Positions 36,654 through 51,919 of a stretch of 64,000 nucleotides of DNA are shown here, in pieces. Below the pieces are notes generated by a model. The model made no database searches, was not told the origin of the DNA, and saw only the letters and a list, made by a program, of their open reading frames with translations. The stretch lies in assembly GCF_000150275.1 (NCBI RefSeq), contig NW_002060954.1:1-64000 (forward strand), written 5' to 3'. Every line of letters begins with the position of its first letter. The stretch's first letter is position 1. The position numbers were made by a program, and so were the translations under genes. The DNA is from Trichoplax adhaerens. Lineage: Eukaryota; Animalia; Placozoa.

Positions 36654-39600
36654 ATGCCTGTTATACAAAGAGATACAATCTCACTACTTGAAATCTTAGA
36701 GCTGAGAGGTAGTCCCTTACAAGATGCTGAAATTTGGCACCTTATGGGGCAGGCTTGTGAGTGTCTGCAAGACTTATTCGTGAGGGGTAGGAATACGTAA
36801 AAGTAATCTTTAACAATGCCGCAGCACGGTGCAAATACTCTATATCGTGAATTGAATAACTTAAAAAGTACCCGTTTTTCGAATAGGGATTAGTACGAGT
36901 AATCATAATAAGTAATTATGTTGTAATAGAAATTATGGTTGTGTAAGTCACTGTGACTGCCTTAATCGTTATAATCATGGTTTGTTGTTGTTTTAACTGT
37001 TTTTGTAGTTTTACTGAAAAGTACTGTAGCGGTAGTATTTAATAAGACTATGCTGTACATTGTACAATACTGTGTGCATACTGTACTATGGAAATTCCTT
37101 AATGGTAAATATAGAGCAATTTAAGTCACCAAATTCGTCTTCGGACTGTAATAGCCAAAATAGATGATAATAATTCCAGTTCAAAGAACATTGCTGTCTA
37201 CAGCTATATTTGAATTGCAATTGTGCGTATTCCCTTAATTTTGAATTAAACACGCGCAAAGTCTTCTTCAATTCATACTTTAGTAATTTGCTAGTGTGTG
37301 AATTTTACGCTGAGGACAAAATCGATAGTGAAGTTCGCTTCAATTCACTATCGATGTGGTACCTTAGCGTTATTAATTATACAAGTATTATTAGACCAAT
37401 TCATTAGTTATTCTATTTTCTGATACTGTATAAGCCTTGACCAAATTATACATCTTATGACAATCTACTCTACATTCAAGTATAGTTTGGATAATAAAAT
37501 TATCATGTGCATACAGTACGTAGATTTTGTTGTGCATGTTTTTATTCATTGACGCGCGTATTTGTTCATATGCAATTATCTAAAACGAAAAATATTCCTC
37601 TTTTAGAATCAACGGCCCTGTCTTCGAAGCCACTCTTTACTATTAGCCCAGATTCAATATTATTGCTTCCTACCGGGAAAGTTCGTTTCGATGCTCGTGA
37701 TAGAAGTAATGAGACAGCAGATATCTTAACATATTCAATTTAAAGCTTACAGGCGCCCATTTACGTTATATGCCGGTGATTTACTTATCGTATAGGTCCC
37801 ATGACCTCGACATCGTACAACCCTCCAGAAATCTATTCACCTTATGCCGACATGTCGGAACTGGCTGTTGAAAAGGTTCCTTTGCCGTAGTTAACATTAT
37901 TAAAGTAAATTATATGCACTTGTGCAGTATATCATGAGATGTACAGAACTGTAATCCTTCTCTTAATCACCCGTCATGTCCTATTGCTGCTCGTCTGTAG
38001 ACTCTTTTTTGTGCTTTGAGTGTTATGCAATATTTACATTTATAACGTACTGTAATATCCTCTTGAAATAGGTACAGTATCTCGTACTTGCATACTGAGT
38101 AAATTGAATGAGTTTGTGCCTAACATCTATAATCAAGTCTTTATTGAAATTTTATTTGATATTTTTGTCAGATGTATGTTTATAGCTTAGGTATGTCGTT
38201 ATTTTTTGCTATGGAGTACCGATTAGAGATACAGGTTAGTATTGTTATACCTACTTCATTAATCACTTCAATTGTTACGTTCTGAGTTGGAATTCTTGTA
38301 TAATCATACTGAGGATCACTTCTCTATCTTGATAATTAGAATACTAGCCCAGATAAACAATTACAGAATCTTTTACTATCAATGTGTGAAGAAAGTCCTG
38401 AATATCGAATAAATCTGTTGGATGTCATTGAGGTACTGCACAATTGGATAATCATTCAGAAAGATTTGTACAAAACTGTAAAAAATATATTGTTATCGTT
38501 TACTCAATTATATATATTATACTGTACATTTTGTTTTTCGCCCCAAATAAAGAAGCATTGACGATTTTATTATAGCTTCCTAGTAAATAATGTGAAGTAT
38601 TATATATATTATATATTATTACATCACCAGTAAATCGAAATTTAATTTCTGATTTCGTAGCTTTGCAGCAGGAGTGTTCCATTCCGCTGTAACTCAACTC
38701 TGATACAGTCTCTGGTCAGAAATTCGTTTGAAGATTTGAATATTAATGTAAGGAAATATTTTTTAAGATCTATCCACGATAGTAGCCTTAAATTAACTGT
38801 AAATATATTTTTAATACAGTAGCACGCTATTTACTGAGTAACTATATTGTATACATTTTGACAGCTTCTAGTGGAAGACACTTTATCTGCCACAGAATCA
38901 TACTGTTCCTTTACCGGTTCACTTAGAAGTAACGTAAGGTGTGAAACTTTTTAAATTTAGTTTAACGAAGTTATATAACCTTAGCTATTAATGCTGGGTT
39001 ATGCAAATCAAATAATCTAAGATATCTTCAATGATATCAAATAGTTTTATACAAGAAGAATCAACTCCTCATGGTAAAAACTGGCAGCTGCAGTCTTCTA
39101 GAATAGGTATACAAGAGAGACGAAATCCAATATATTCTAAAAATCTGAAATCAGATATTAATTACTCTCTAGATGACGACGATAAGGCGTATTTGCGATC
39201 TGATGAACGGAGTTCAGAAATGCATAGTCAACAGCTTTTACCTCAAATGACTCAAAAAGAATATAAACCTACGCTCTCATACACAAAAAATGAAAATATT
39301 GAACTGCAATTGGAAAACTTTTCGGAGATTGGGACTATTTGGAATTTATCACAAGATGATACTGTAACACAAAATTGGTATGAAGAGTTGCATAAGAAAA
39401 GTAATGAAGCAATACGTGAAACCAGTATATTACCTGACTCCGAAATGAACTTATCAGAAGACGAAAGATCTGAGTCTAGAATGTCGAAAGGAAAATTTAT
39501 TCCCGACAAGGAAGAAGAAGCAATTAGGAGCTTGGCTATTTATAGAGATAACACTTATAGAAAGTTAAGCTTTCACGAAGGCTTGCAGCTGACATCCATA

Positions 39601-42600
39601 TCTGATTATTCACCGAAAGCAGAGAAAAAAAGTCCAGTAACAACTCGAAACGGTGTGTTGAAATCTATTAAGCTACTGCATGTTAATGTGGCTCATAATT
39701 GATGTCAATCGTATCTAAACTGTTAAATTCATTTTCTAATAAGTGGGAGGGGCTAATGTAAAGCCCTGTACAAGTGCATCGAAAACACCTCAAAAAGGTA
39801 TGTAACGCTATTCCTCTATGTTTGATAGATAAAATTAACTTAAGTTCATACATGAACTCAATGGTAGAATAGTTGTTAAATAGCAAAGAAGGGTCGATTA
39901 AATAGTCAAGAAAATATCATCTATCTGTTCTATTTACGAGACTTAGGTGATTTTCAATCAGATTTCGTGGACGCATCAGTAATCTATAATGAAGAGAAGA
40001 AGCAAGTATCGTCAAAGAATAATAATGATTTCTCAAGTACTCACTCTAATAATCAAGAGAAGCAGAGGGTGTGAACATTTTGTTTTCTTAATATCATCCT
40101 AATCAAGAACAAAACACATACTCTTACTGTTATAATATAAATATTACAGAACTTTGGGGGCCCAGAATTTATACGATTGAAGGACAGCATTATTTATCCT
40201 GCAAATGAAATACAAAATGTGTGATTCTTTGAGTATAATAATTGCTATCATTGCGATATATTCCTAAGTCATATCATTGGTAATGATTTCCATTGCTTTA
40301 GGTTGCTGTTAGTTCAATTTACCATGACGGCTTAAAACGTATCCAAATTATTCTTTTAAATGGGCAAAGACTCATGATGGATATATCGGTTATTAGCCTC
40401 TTTTATATCTTATCTTTTATAATTTTAGTATTCATTTATTCTCACTATGTCTATTTTTCTCTGTTGTTAGGTTAATGCTACTGGAAGAGATCTATTTGAA
40501 AGAATAATCAGATACTTGGAATTAGATGAATTTTCATATTTTGGATTAGGACATATTGCATGTTAGACCTAACTAGCAAAAGTCTTGAATTATGGAGTGA
40601 AATCAAAAATAAGCATTTCTGTTTTGTTTTTATTTATAGATGGAGAAATGCAATTTCTGGACCTCGACAAAAAACTTATTAAGTATTCTCCTAAGGGTTG
40701 GCGAGAAGGAGTAATTAAAGAATTTTATGTTTACTATATTAAGGCTTATTTTACTTATCGTTCAAAGTCTGCTACAACTTAAACTTGAAACATTTTTTTA
40801 TAGCTAAAATCTCCCGATTCCAATTTCACGTTTTTCTTCGCAGTTAAATATTACGTAGAAAATATTAGCACTCTTCGGTATGCATATATGTGCACTATAG
40901 TAACTACACAGTTAGCAAGCCAGATTTATACATACACCAGTAACAACCGCTCGCTTATCTAAGAATAGCTCGTTTTTTCGTTAGGAGTCGATTATCGCAG
41001 CACTTTTATTATCTTCAGCTGCGTAGAGATATCTTAGAGGGTATTCTTCATTGTTCCGAAGAACCAGCATTACTCCTTGCATCTTATGCCTTACAAGCGG
41101 AAACTGGTGACTACGTTCCTAGTAACGCCAACAACTATTATATTCTGGAACAGTACCTACCGGCGAAGGTATTCTTCTTTACCGGAAATTATATTGCAGT
41201 AATTATATACATTATTATAAATAATGCAGTTCCTGTCTGCCATAGGTACTTCAAAAAACTCCAGCTATGGAATTGAAGCGACAGCTATCTAGTATGCATT
41301 CAGCGCATGCTGGGTTAAGCGAATCTCAAGCAGAAGTAGAATTTCTGAAGGTAAAATCATTAACGGTATTAAAACTACTTTAAAATAGTATTGTACCTCC
41401 AATTTCTAATGCTTTTCTAGGAAGCCCAAAAATTACCGTATTATGGCATTCATTTCTATCGCCTATACAGGGTAAATTCTTTAAGCGTGCTATTCTCCTT
41501 GTTGGAACATTGCATTTCTAGCATATCAAGAATACCCTTAAAATAATTTACATTTTTAGACTAAAAAAGATTCCACCTCGTCATTATGGCTCGGTATTTG
41601 CTTAAGAGGGTTAATTTTATTTGAGGTGATCTGCCGTTTTCATCGTTCAGTTCATGATTCATAAAGTAAACTATTTCCAATCTTTGAATGTTAAATAGGA
41701 ACGTGGTGATGCAAAAGCTGCTATAAGCAGACACCCTTGGCATATGATTACTCAAGTTTCATTTAACGTAAATTTAAGCATTTATCACCGTTTTGTGGAG
41801 TGAATTGAGCTAATGTGATTACCATAATTATAGAAAAAGCAGTTCACCATCGAGCCACAAGGAACTGGGGTCACAAATAGACTTACTTTCAATACTAAAC
41901 ATCCTAAAAGGTCATTTGAATACCAATTTATTTTGCGAGCCTAACGTAAATTTTAATCAACGTGTCACATATCCATTTTGGCTCATTCGTAAACCTACTT
42001 ATACACTATCAATGACCATTTATTTTAGGTCAAGATATATGTTGCAGCTCTGTACTAGTTTTCACGCATTTCAAATTCAGATACGGTCAAAAATGAAGGC
42101 GTTAGAACGGTATGAATCACAAAGAGGTTCGTATTGGCTTTGTAATTCAAATGAAACGAGATTTATAATGTAATAGTTGTACTCCCTATTGCTATTCGCA
42201 GACGCTTACAATGACGGAGTAATGGATAGTAATGATAGGGTTGGCTCACTACAGAGCTCGTCGTCGACGTCGAAAACATTCATTAAAAATCGCCAACATC
42301 ATTTATCAGAATCAAAAATTGATGTTCAAGATCAAAGATCCACGTCAAGCAGCATAACTGATCTAAATTTAGCGGTTTCAAAGCAAAAGAAGCGTGTATC
42401 AGAACGAACAAGAACGATTTCATCTTCTATTAGTAGTGAAAACGAAGTATCTCAAGATAACTCCTATCATGGTAATATAATCATGATATTTGTGGTTGTG
42501 CATTTGTGAACGTCCTCTTACTATGCAATACCTATTATAGATACTGCAACCATATTTACGGTAAACAAGCAAAATTTTGCAACGTCTTCGGAAGGTAAAT

Positions 42601-45600
42601 CATGGAAACTTAAAATATGAATTGTTCCTTTTTCACTTATACAATGTTATTGTATACTTGTGAATTCTGACAGTTTCTGGAGAATATAGCTAATAGATAA
42701 GTTACACGTTATAAAGCTCGTTTAATGTTTATACTTAAAATCTACAGGAAGTTTAAGCGGAAATTATGGTACTACACTGGCTACGATTGTCTTAGATAAG
42801 CGAAGAAATCAAGAAATTGGTATGTATATTTATACAAAAGGAGATTAATCATGTTTTCAATAATAATTGTGATGGAGGGTTCGAAGAGTCAGATAATGTG
42901 GTTTTAGTTGCCATTTACAATTAGTACACCAAAAGTTGTATAAAAGTTATACTTTATTTTAAGTAGTAAAGTAAGTAAAGTAAGTACAGTGAGGTAATTA
43001 CGGTAGACCAGCGTGCAAGCTGTTGTGAGTAACGTGTGAAGACTAACCAGGAAAACTAACGATTTCCGAGGTGGAAAACGGCGGTATTTTTTATAGTTTA
43101 AAGATAGAGCACATGCAGAGAATAGGATTGTAGAATTAGATACAACATATACCATAACAGGTTACAACATAGCTGATGATTGTAGCAAACAGCGAGTACT
43201 GTAATAACTAAATACAGTAGCCTATATATGAATGTGAAGTAAGCGGACTATAGATATGTCTAAATATATGAGCAATACAACATGTCTATATTTAAGAGTA
43301 GAATATAGATACAGTATATTCTAAATACATACAATAATGTTCATCATTGTCATGAAATAATTTTTATAAAAGGATATAAAAATCGATATCAATATTACGT
43401 TGTCCTTTATGAATCTATTGGAGTTGTAAATGCGCTATTTTATTGAATTAGGTCTAACTTTGGTCGATGCTGATTTAAGTTTCGGTCGTGGAGTGTACGT
43501 AGACTCTTTAGCATCTAATGGGATTGCTAAAGTTAATAGTAAAATAAAGCCTGGTATGGATGAAACTGCTATCAATTACTATATTATATTATATTGTATA
43601 GTCATTGAATCTGAAGTGTTAAATGCGAGTTAAAATATGCGTATATTACTTAACTTATGTATCATTTTATTAAAATTTTTTACAACTAAATAGGAGACAA
43701 AATTGTAAGTGTTAATGGAATTGCCGTAGAGAGAAGTTCAGCAGATTTTGTAGCTCAGTTGCTAAACAACGCAGAATATCATGTTGAAATTCAATGCTGC
43801 ACAGAAGATGTTAAAAATCATATACCCAGTGAAAACGGTAATTCAACCATGGTAGTAAGTTAGTGTTAATTTATAAAAATTGCCCTTAAATTAGCTCACA
43901 GGAACTTCAGACGAATTATATTGATGCTGTTTATTAAATTAAGTAAGTAGCATCTATTTAACAATTTTGCTATTATGAACAAACTTGAATAATTAGCACC
44001 CGCAGACAGGCCAAGGAAAATGCAGCTAATGCGAGAGCCTGTCTCCGGATCAGTTGCAACAAATGCAGAAGCAGAAGAAACGACTGTAACGAAATCTTAC
44101 GCCTCTGATGAACCGGATACGAATCAAAGCTCGGATTTCCAGTATCAGCTTGGAAAAAAACAGAAAAATGATGGTTTCAGTGAAATTGAAGAACATCAAG
44201 ATGATAGCATTGATGAAATTTTTGTGCCAGAGCCTAACATGAAAACGCGATCTTTTTCAAACTTCACTTATTCTGTAAGAACGCCCGCAGCTTTGGCAAT
44301 TAATTAATAAAAGTTAATTATAAATTTATGAAAAGAATATCATTCCTTATAACTGCATTATAGCCAAATCTTATTCAAGTAAAGCTAAGAAAAAAGAACG
44401 ACAGCCTAGGCTTAAGAATTCGCGTAACTAAAAATCTTAACCTTGTGCATCTATTCACACCATGATTATTTCTTTATAACTACAGTAGTATACTTCTATA
44501 TGATCTAGGGAGGTGTTAATACTAGTGTAAGGGATGGAGGCATTTACGTTAAAGCCTTAGATCCTTCAAGTGCTGCAGCCGAAGAAGGAACGATAAAATT
44601 GGGTAAATTAATTGCCATATCATATATAATGTTAGTTACTTACACTGTTATTTGTCGAAGTATCATTTATTGTATATTTTATAGGAGACAGAATTTTAGC
44701 TGTAAATGGAATAAGTTTGATAGGCGTTACTCATAAAGTGGTAAATTCCTTGATCGGATCTGATACACTACAGAATCTTAAGTTTTTCATGTTTACCAAT
44801 GCTATGTTCTTTCGTCAGGCTCGTGAAACCATCATTAAATGTCCGGAAAATGTGACACTGATAATTGACCGATCTGAAACAGAGTATTTATCATCTAAGA
44901 GCGATGAAACAACCAGCAAAGAAATTCCCTACCAAAGAGACATGTCTGCTAACGTTGAAATGCCAACGAAGAATCCTAGCCTTTCCTCTAGTGCTGATCA
45001 AAATTCTGATTCACTCGATTCTTATAAGCATCCTCGAGCTCAAGCTTATTACGTTAGTTCCCAAGAAGAGAAAAATAGCGCTAAATTTTCAGAAAATGTG
45101 GAACAACCACAAAATAAAAGAAAGAACTTAATTTCAGCCGAGAAACCTAAAACTGGTTCTGTGGTACAAGAATGCACGAGTAATAATACATCGATAAGAG
45201 TTTCCGAACATGATGAGTCTGGAGCGTGTGAAGACGAGCAATTACATCCGGATTTGTATATAAAAGAATCTGAAGAAATCAGTCATCGTGGAGGTGAATC
45301 GGCCCCAAAAATACCTACTGAAACCCATAATAAAGCGGATATTCATAGTGTAGCTGAACCTTATCATGAAGGGTTATCAGAAAGCAAAGAAACTGTAAAT
45401 AACGCCAAGGATGATGTAGAACTGAGTGTCCGGACTGAAACTCCAACGGAGAAGGCAAAGTTTGGGCAAGCGAATTCCGATGTGCTTGACAATGATTATA
45501 AAGGTTCCACAGCCACAGTCAACAACGGTAACTCTGAAAACGTTAGCAAGAAGCAGTTTCGGAAAATACCGTCACTAAATGACGCCGGATCAAAGCCAAA

Positions 45601-48600
45601 ATCCGAAACGGATGCAAAATGTAACGAAGGGATTAAATTTACTTATTACTAGTTCTGATCTCATTGATTTATTCTTATATCGTTACTTCGGCTGATATAT
45701 TTCATGTTCCTCTTTAGCAATAGTACCTACTGATCCTTTGGTTAGTTCGAAAGATGAACTTCCTGGAAAAAATGATAAAACTGTCGAAGCTTTGGCAGCT
45801 GAAGGCAATGTGTCAGCGTTAAAGAAGCAACAAGGCAGTAATGAGGATATCAAAGCGGAGCCACAGAAAATCTTAGCGCAAGAGCCTATAAATACAAACG
45901 AACGCCCACAGTTAGCCACTACTAGTGCAGAACCTTTAAGTGAGTCCTTTAAAATCGTACTGGTTATGTAAGTACAAATATTGCCCTTGAACTCCTATTT
46001 CTCTTGTTTAGGTAATATCCGAAATCACGTAACTACTACTGGAGTAACCAGTGAAAACAGACAGGACGAAGATTTTGAAGAAAAAAGTACATTCCGTGTC
46101 TTACTAAAAAAGGGCCGTCAAGGTTTAGGATTTAGCATAGCTGATGGAAAAGATTTTGGAATGGAAGGTTAGTGGGTGTTGAACAATAGCTCATCGCATA
46201 TTACGTCGGACTATCAATCTTTTTAATTGTTTTGTTATGGTATGGATCGCATCTCTTATAACGTATTTCGTGTTATTACTACCTTAGATTATATTATGAT
46301 CAACAAAATATTTCCACAGCAGCCAGCTGCACTCTCTAATAAATTAAGAGAGAGAGATATCATTTTAGCGGTAAGAGCTACTACATATTATATATCGCAT
46401 TATATACATTTCTAAGCTCACGGCACATACTGTATGTAATTTGAATTAAAATTTTTAGGTCAACAGGCTCTCAGTAATTGGTTATAAGCGTTCGGTAAAA
46501 TTTTCATATATACAAGGCTGCGTAGATCTAACATGCGCGTATTTCTATTAAATTATACTTTCGTAACAAATTCGTCTAAGCTGTGTTGTAATTACATAAA
46601 TCAAAGGATGCTGTAGCACTACTTAGAAACCAACCACAAACGGTCGAACTGCTTGTTAAACGTTCAGATGGTATCGATCGGGTAGATTCACCTTTAGATG
46701 AAACCGTTTCCTTAACTGAAAATCACCCATCAACTGCTGACAAAACAGAAGAACACGACAGTGGTATACGTAAAGGATCCGAACTTTCAAGAAGTGATGT
46801 ATTACTGCCGAAAGTAAACGATAAATCCATTCCGGAAGTTGTAGTTACCGCAAATCAACATGACAATGAGCAAGACAAATCGAAGGCCGAATTTGAAACC
46901 GTAAATTACCTAAGATAAGGCTATATAATTAGTAGCTTTTTAAGGCTGCAGTACCGGTATAAACTGTCTCATTTCTGTGTTTTAGTATGAATTGACGTTA
47001 TCTAAAGGGAAGACCGGGTTAGGGTTTAGTATTACAACCACAAATGGTAATTTAGAAATTACTGATCATTGATCTAAGTTTTACTGGTGAATCAAAACGT
47101 AAATTCATTCATTCTAGACGGGCCTCAAGTGAAAGAGATTGTTGGAGATCCAGCCAGGGCTGATGGCCGATTGCAGAAGGGAGATCTACTTACTACAGTT
47201 AGTGCAGTTGAAGGATACTTGCACCTGCATGACACAAAATTCTATAACTTCTATCTAAACTGTAAAAATTTATAATTACGTACTTTATTTACTCGAAACT
47301 GTGATTATCCTCCAACTTTACAGGTTAACGGAAGAGATGTATCATCGATGACTCAAAGAGAAATTGTTCAATTTCTGCGCTCTGCAGATAAAACCGTAAC
47401 GATACGAGCTAAGCGCCTAAATTGTATGGTAAGCCCTCCTTTTTTATGTAGTTTAATACTTTAGCTACAGACTTTTAACTGTGTACCAATGCTGTGCAGG
47501 TAGACGTTCCGGTTGTTTCTGTCTCAGATTATACCACTATTGAAGCTTTAATCTCAAAAAATAAGTACGAAATGCATGGAAGTTATTTCTTGTACTACAA
47601 TTATCTCCAGTTTTAGAGTGATTTTTGACTAATAGTCTGCATCTTATCGTAGTTATGGAACTACCGGATTTACTTTATCACCAATTAATGTAGATGATCC
47701 TGAAATTCCTGGTGCTATTATTAATCAGATCATTCACGGAGAACCCGCAGAAATGTACGTGACTAAATATACAGTATAATTAATTACAGCTATTTTACTG
47801 AATTTATGATCACATTCTTATTGGTATTCTTTCTGCACCGAAGTGAAGGAACATTACGATCTGGCGACAGAATTATACAGGTCGAATTATTGATTGCCTT
47901 GTTGCATTTCTATCGTACTTTAATAATTGCTTACGGAAAAGCTTTGCATGAATGTAAATTTTGTTATCACTATAGCTTAATAATACTGACGTATCAAAAA
48001 TGCCCGTCAATTCGATACGTAATTACATCGACTCCACAGACCCAGAATTGAAAATCGTTGTAGAAAGGTAGTTGTGGTACAAGCAATTTTCTATTAATTT
48101 TAATTAAAAAAAAAATAACTGAATCTCTTCTTAGTCTTGTAACAATATCTTATTTGAATTAAGGCGTGTACAGAGCTCGAATAGCATGAAAGAAGAAAAT
48201 TCGCCAGTTCTTTCAAAGGAAAGCAGCAAACGCGAAATCCCAAGTGAAGAAAGCAAAATAATAGAAAATATATCAGATATAGATGAACAAAGCCTTTCGT
48301 CGCCTGTATGATTAAAAAGTTATTTTCGTTCGTTTAATTCCTTAGCAATTTTTGTATAGTTTGCGTTTGATATGAAATATTTACATAAGCATATTTACGT
48401 GCGTTATATATCGGTATCAGTCATTCATAATTCTCATATGCATGTACCAAATTGAATCTGTAACATGCTTTATCTGATAGGTCAATATAATTGAAGTTGA
48501 ATTAGAAAAGGGAGCAACAGGTTTAGGTTTTAATTTAATGAGCGGCGATGGGAAGACCAAATTCGTAAGTGTATTATCAGGTACTATACATACGTTCTTA

Positions 48601-51600
48601 AATTCTGTTCATTGTAATATCGTATTATTCATAATTTTGTAGACCAGTGGGATCTTTATAAAGACAATTGCACCTTTTAGTGTTGCAGCGAAGGACGGTA
48701 GGTTGAAGGCAGGTGATAAGTTGTTGAAAGTAAGTTTTTATCTCTACGTTGATATTTGCTGTATATTCAATAATTGCGTTACTAGAGGTAGTTAAAAGTA
48801 ACCCTCACTTACGTAATTGCGAATACGTCACTCAGGTAAATAATGAAAGCTTAATGGACGTTACTCATAGTCAAGCTGTTAACATCGTTAGAAAGGCTCC
48901 CAAGGGCAGGGTTAAGCTTACTTTAGCGAAGTACGTGTATTTTAATTTTTGCAGGTACCCGTATACCTTGAATTAATCACATTTGATATTTATAGGGTAG
49001 AGAACGAGTCGGAACTTGAATTACCTGAAGGCTTGAAGGTTACATCCCAGTCTACTTTCATTAATACTAATAAAGTTCAAGACGAAAGTGATAGGATATG
49101 TGAACAACGACCTTCAATGGCTCCATCTTCTCCTCTGCCTGATAAATTAAAGAAAATGCTCGCTGATTGGTCTAATAAGGCTTCGAATTCACGTAAAAAT
49201 AGTGCGAGCGCAAAAAAGCCGAATGACGACGGAATAACTAAGGAACCGATCACGGACAATGTGAAAAAACCTACAGTGAAGTAATGAACGATCATTAGTT
49301 TGTTCTTTGATTGTTTACACGAATTTGCATTCTGTTTTTGTACTATAGCTTTACGAAAAAGGTAGAGTATTCAGGAGAAGCTTTAACCGAACTTACAAGC
49401 TCTATTTCTAAAAAATTGAACTCAGGAGCAATTTCTGAGGAATTTAAGGTAAATACCATCATCTGCATTGCTGTTTATTTCGTAAGTACGAGCTACTGAT
49501 ATAAATTTACGGTCAAACTTTTAATAAAATATTAGGATTTAAAAGGTGTTAAACCATTTGATACTTCGGAAGTTGGGAAGCATCCAGATAATCGGGATAA
49601 AAATAGGTTTAGAAATATTCTACCCTGTGAGTCGTGAATAATTGTAGTATATTCAGTTAAAAGATATACTGTACTGTTTATATACTAATATACAGGAGTT
49701 ATCATCGTAGGTGATTCAAACAGAATTAAAATAAGCGAAAGTGAAGGCACATCTGACTATATCAACGCATCACTAGTTGAAGTATTTCGCTTTCAATTAA
49801 AGATTGAATTTGACTCGTTAATCTGTCAATGTTATATACAATAGATATTGTAAAAATAGCAAAACATTTATAATTGCATGACTGTAAATAATCTATTGCC
49901 TTGTAGGCGGAAGTTGATTCCAACATATTCAGGAAATATATTGCATCTCAAGTAAGCTGCTAACAATATTAAGGGAAAAGAGCAATATAACCACTGTTAT
50001 AATGGGTTTATTTTACTTATGAAGGGCCCTCTAAGCGATACGGTAGAAGATTTTTGGCAAATGATCTGGGAACAAGCCGTGGTTGCTATTGGCATGACGA
50101 CAAAAACCGCAGAGAACGGTCGCGTAAGTTTAAGACAGAATCGCGCCTTTTCAATGTAATAATATTAAGAAAGAAACTTTTTTTATTAATAACAGCAAAA
50201 ATGCTATCGCTATTGGCCAGAATCAGCATCAAATCCTATAAATGTTAAAAATAAGTAAACTAGCATTTGTTATCGATAGCGTAGTTTCTAAAATTACGAT
50301 GTATTCGAATACGAATTCAGCTTTAAACTCTTCTGATTGTGTCACTTAGATTTGAAGTTCATTTAGTAAAGCAAGAAGAAAGGGGATGCTACATTATTAG
50401 AGAGTTTAAAATGAATCAATTACCGGTTAGTAATGTATTTCGAATCCTTCAAAGATGAAGAAAATGCGAACTCCAATCAACAGAAGTATTTGAAAATTTT
50501 GATATTATATATTTTAGTCAAAATCTGATGGACGACAAATATATCAGCTACAGTATATCATGTGGCCTGACCATGGCGTTCCAGTTGTAAGTTTTTTAAG
50601 TACTCGTTTGCAATAAATGCGTCTCACAATAATTATAATTATCTTCGTCAAGTGATATTTTCTAATAGCTTTTATTACAAGGTTTTAGGAATAGTAGAGT
50701 TATAATTAATTACTACAAGAATCTAGTCTAAAATCTAGAGTATCCCGAGCTCAAAGCGAAGTGAAGTCTCTTCTCCTCAGCGAGCTCATCCCTGCACTTC
50801 TTATAAGCATTTCGTTAAATCCATTTATGACAACTTAATTAATCTACAATCAGACATGAGTCATCAAACAAAATACTTTTCTATAATAGTACATCATTAT
50901 TTTCTACAATCTAAATCATTCTACTTAAGATGTTACTACTCTTCTATTAACGTCTAGCCCCTTTTTCCGAAGGGCATCTTAACAACTATAGTGTTTCTAG
51001 CTTCATAAATCTTGTACCATAATTAGTCAACTGGCTACTATTAGTCATCAACAATTTTCATTATAATTGTTAGCAATCATCTAATATTAGCTTCACGATA
51101 ATATCTATTCAAAGTAACCTAACTATATCAAATATAGCTATCCGTATAATCAAATATGGGTGCATCACTACATCATTATAATTGCCTTCACTCTTAACTA
51201 GAACTAATTTCACTAAATATTTTATGTTGTACTTCCAATGCAAGTCGCCAAGTGAAATTATGAGCTATCTTCATGAACTACAACGATATGCAAATGATGG
51301 AATGATCCTTGCCCATTGCAGGTCAGACACCTCACATATAGTGTTACTCCTTGTTTACCGGAATTTATCCTAACAGTTAGGATACCTATCGTAGATTGTT
51401 GAGTACGGTAACTAATATCCATAAAATTTTTTTAAATATTGCACGTGTAAACATAACAGTGCTGGAGTTGGAAGAACTGGGGTTCTAATTGCTATCGATG
51501 TAATGGAATCATTAGTAAAATATAATAATGAGGTAAGGCTTTGGATGGTGATAGAAATTTCTTTGATAGAAAAATTTCTAAAATTTTTGTATATTTTCAA

Positions 51601-51919
51601 ACCCTTTATTTCTAATATATATCTAGATTGATATATTTAGCATAATTTACAACTTACGAGAACAGAGGCAAGGAATGGTTCAGACTAAGGTATAGATGTT
51701 TAGCTAAGGATATTTTGATGCAGTCTAATACAATATACAGCAGTGTACCAGGTTATTAAACTGATCTAAGAAATCTGTAGTTACGTAATCAGTTGAAATT
51801 GTATAGAATGTGTGCCTAACATCGTATGATCTCTTTAAATCCTTTACTTCTAAACGTATTAGGAGCAGTATGAATTCTGCTATCAGGCTTATATTGAAAT
51901 CCTTAAAGCACTTACGTGA
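36654..51919 (+). CDS. PTPN13: Tyrosine-protein phosphatase non-receptor type 13 (KIND-FERM-6xPDZ-PTP)
   Basis: KIND: ISLLEILELRGSPLQDAEIW, MYVYSLGMSL. Linker GPEF. FERM: IILLNGQRL, HFYYLQLRRDILEG. PDZ GLGF-type loops. PTP: KNRFRNILP, DYINAS, WPDHG, HCSAGVGRTG, QTKEQY. Stop TGA at 51917-51919. Confidence 0.96.

Noticed and set aside
39252-39509. Antisense ORFs over PTPN13 exons (also 45683-45919, 49077-49295)
   Set aside because: Shadow frames of real coding exons.
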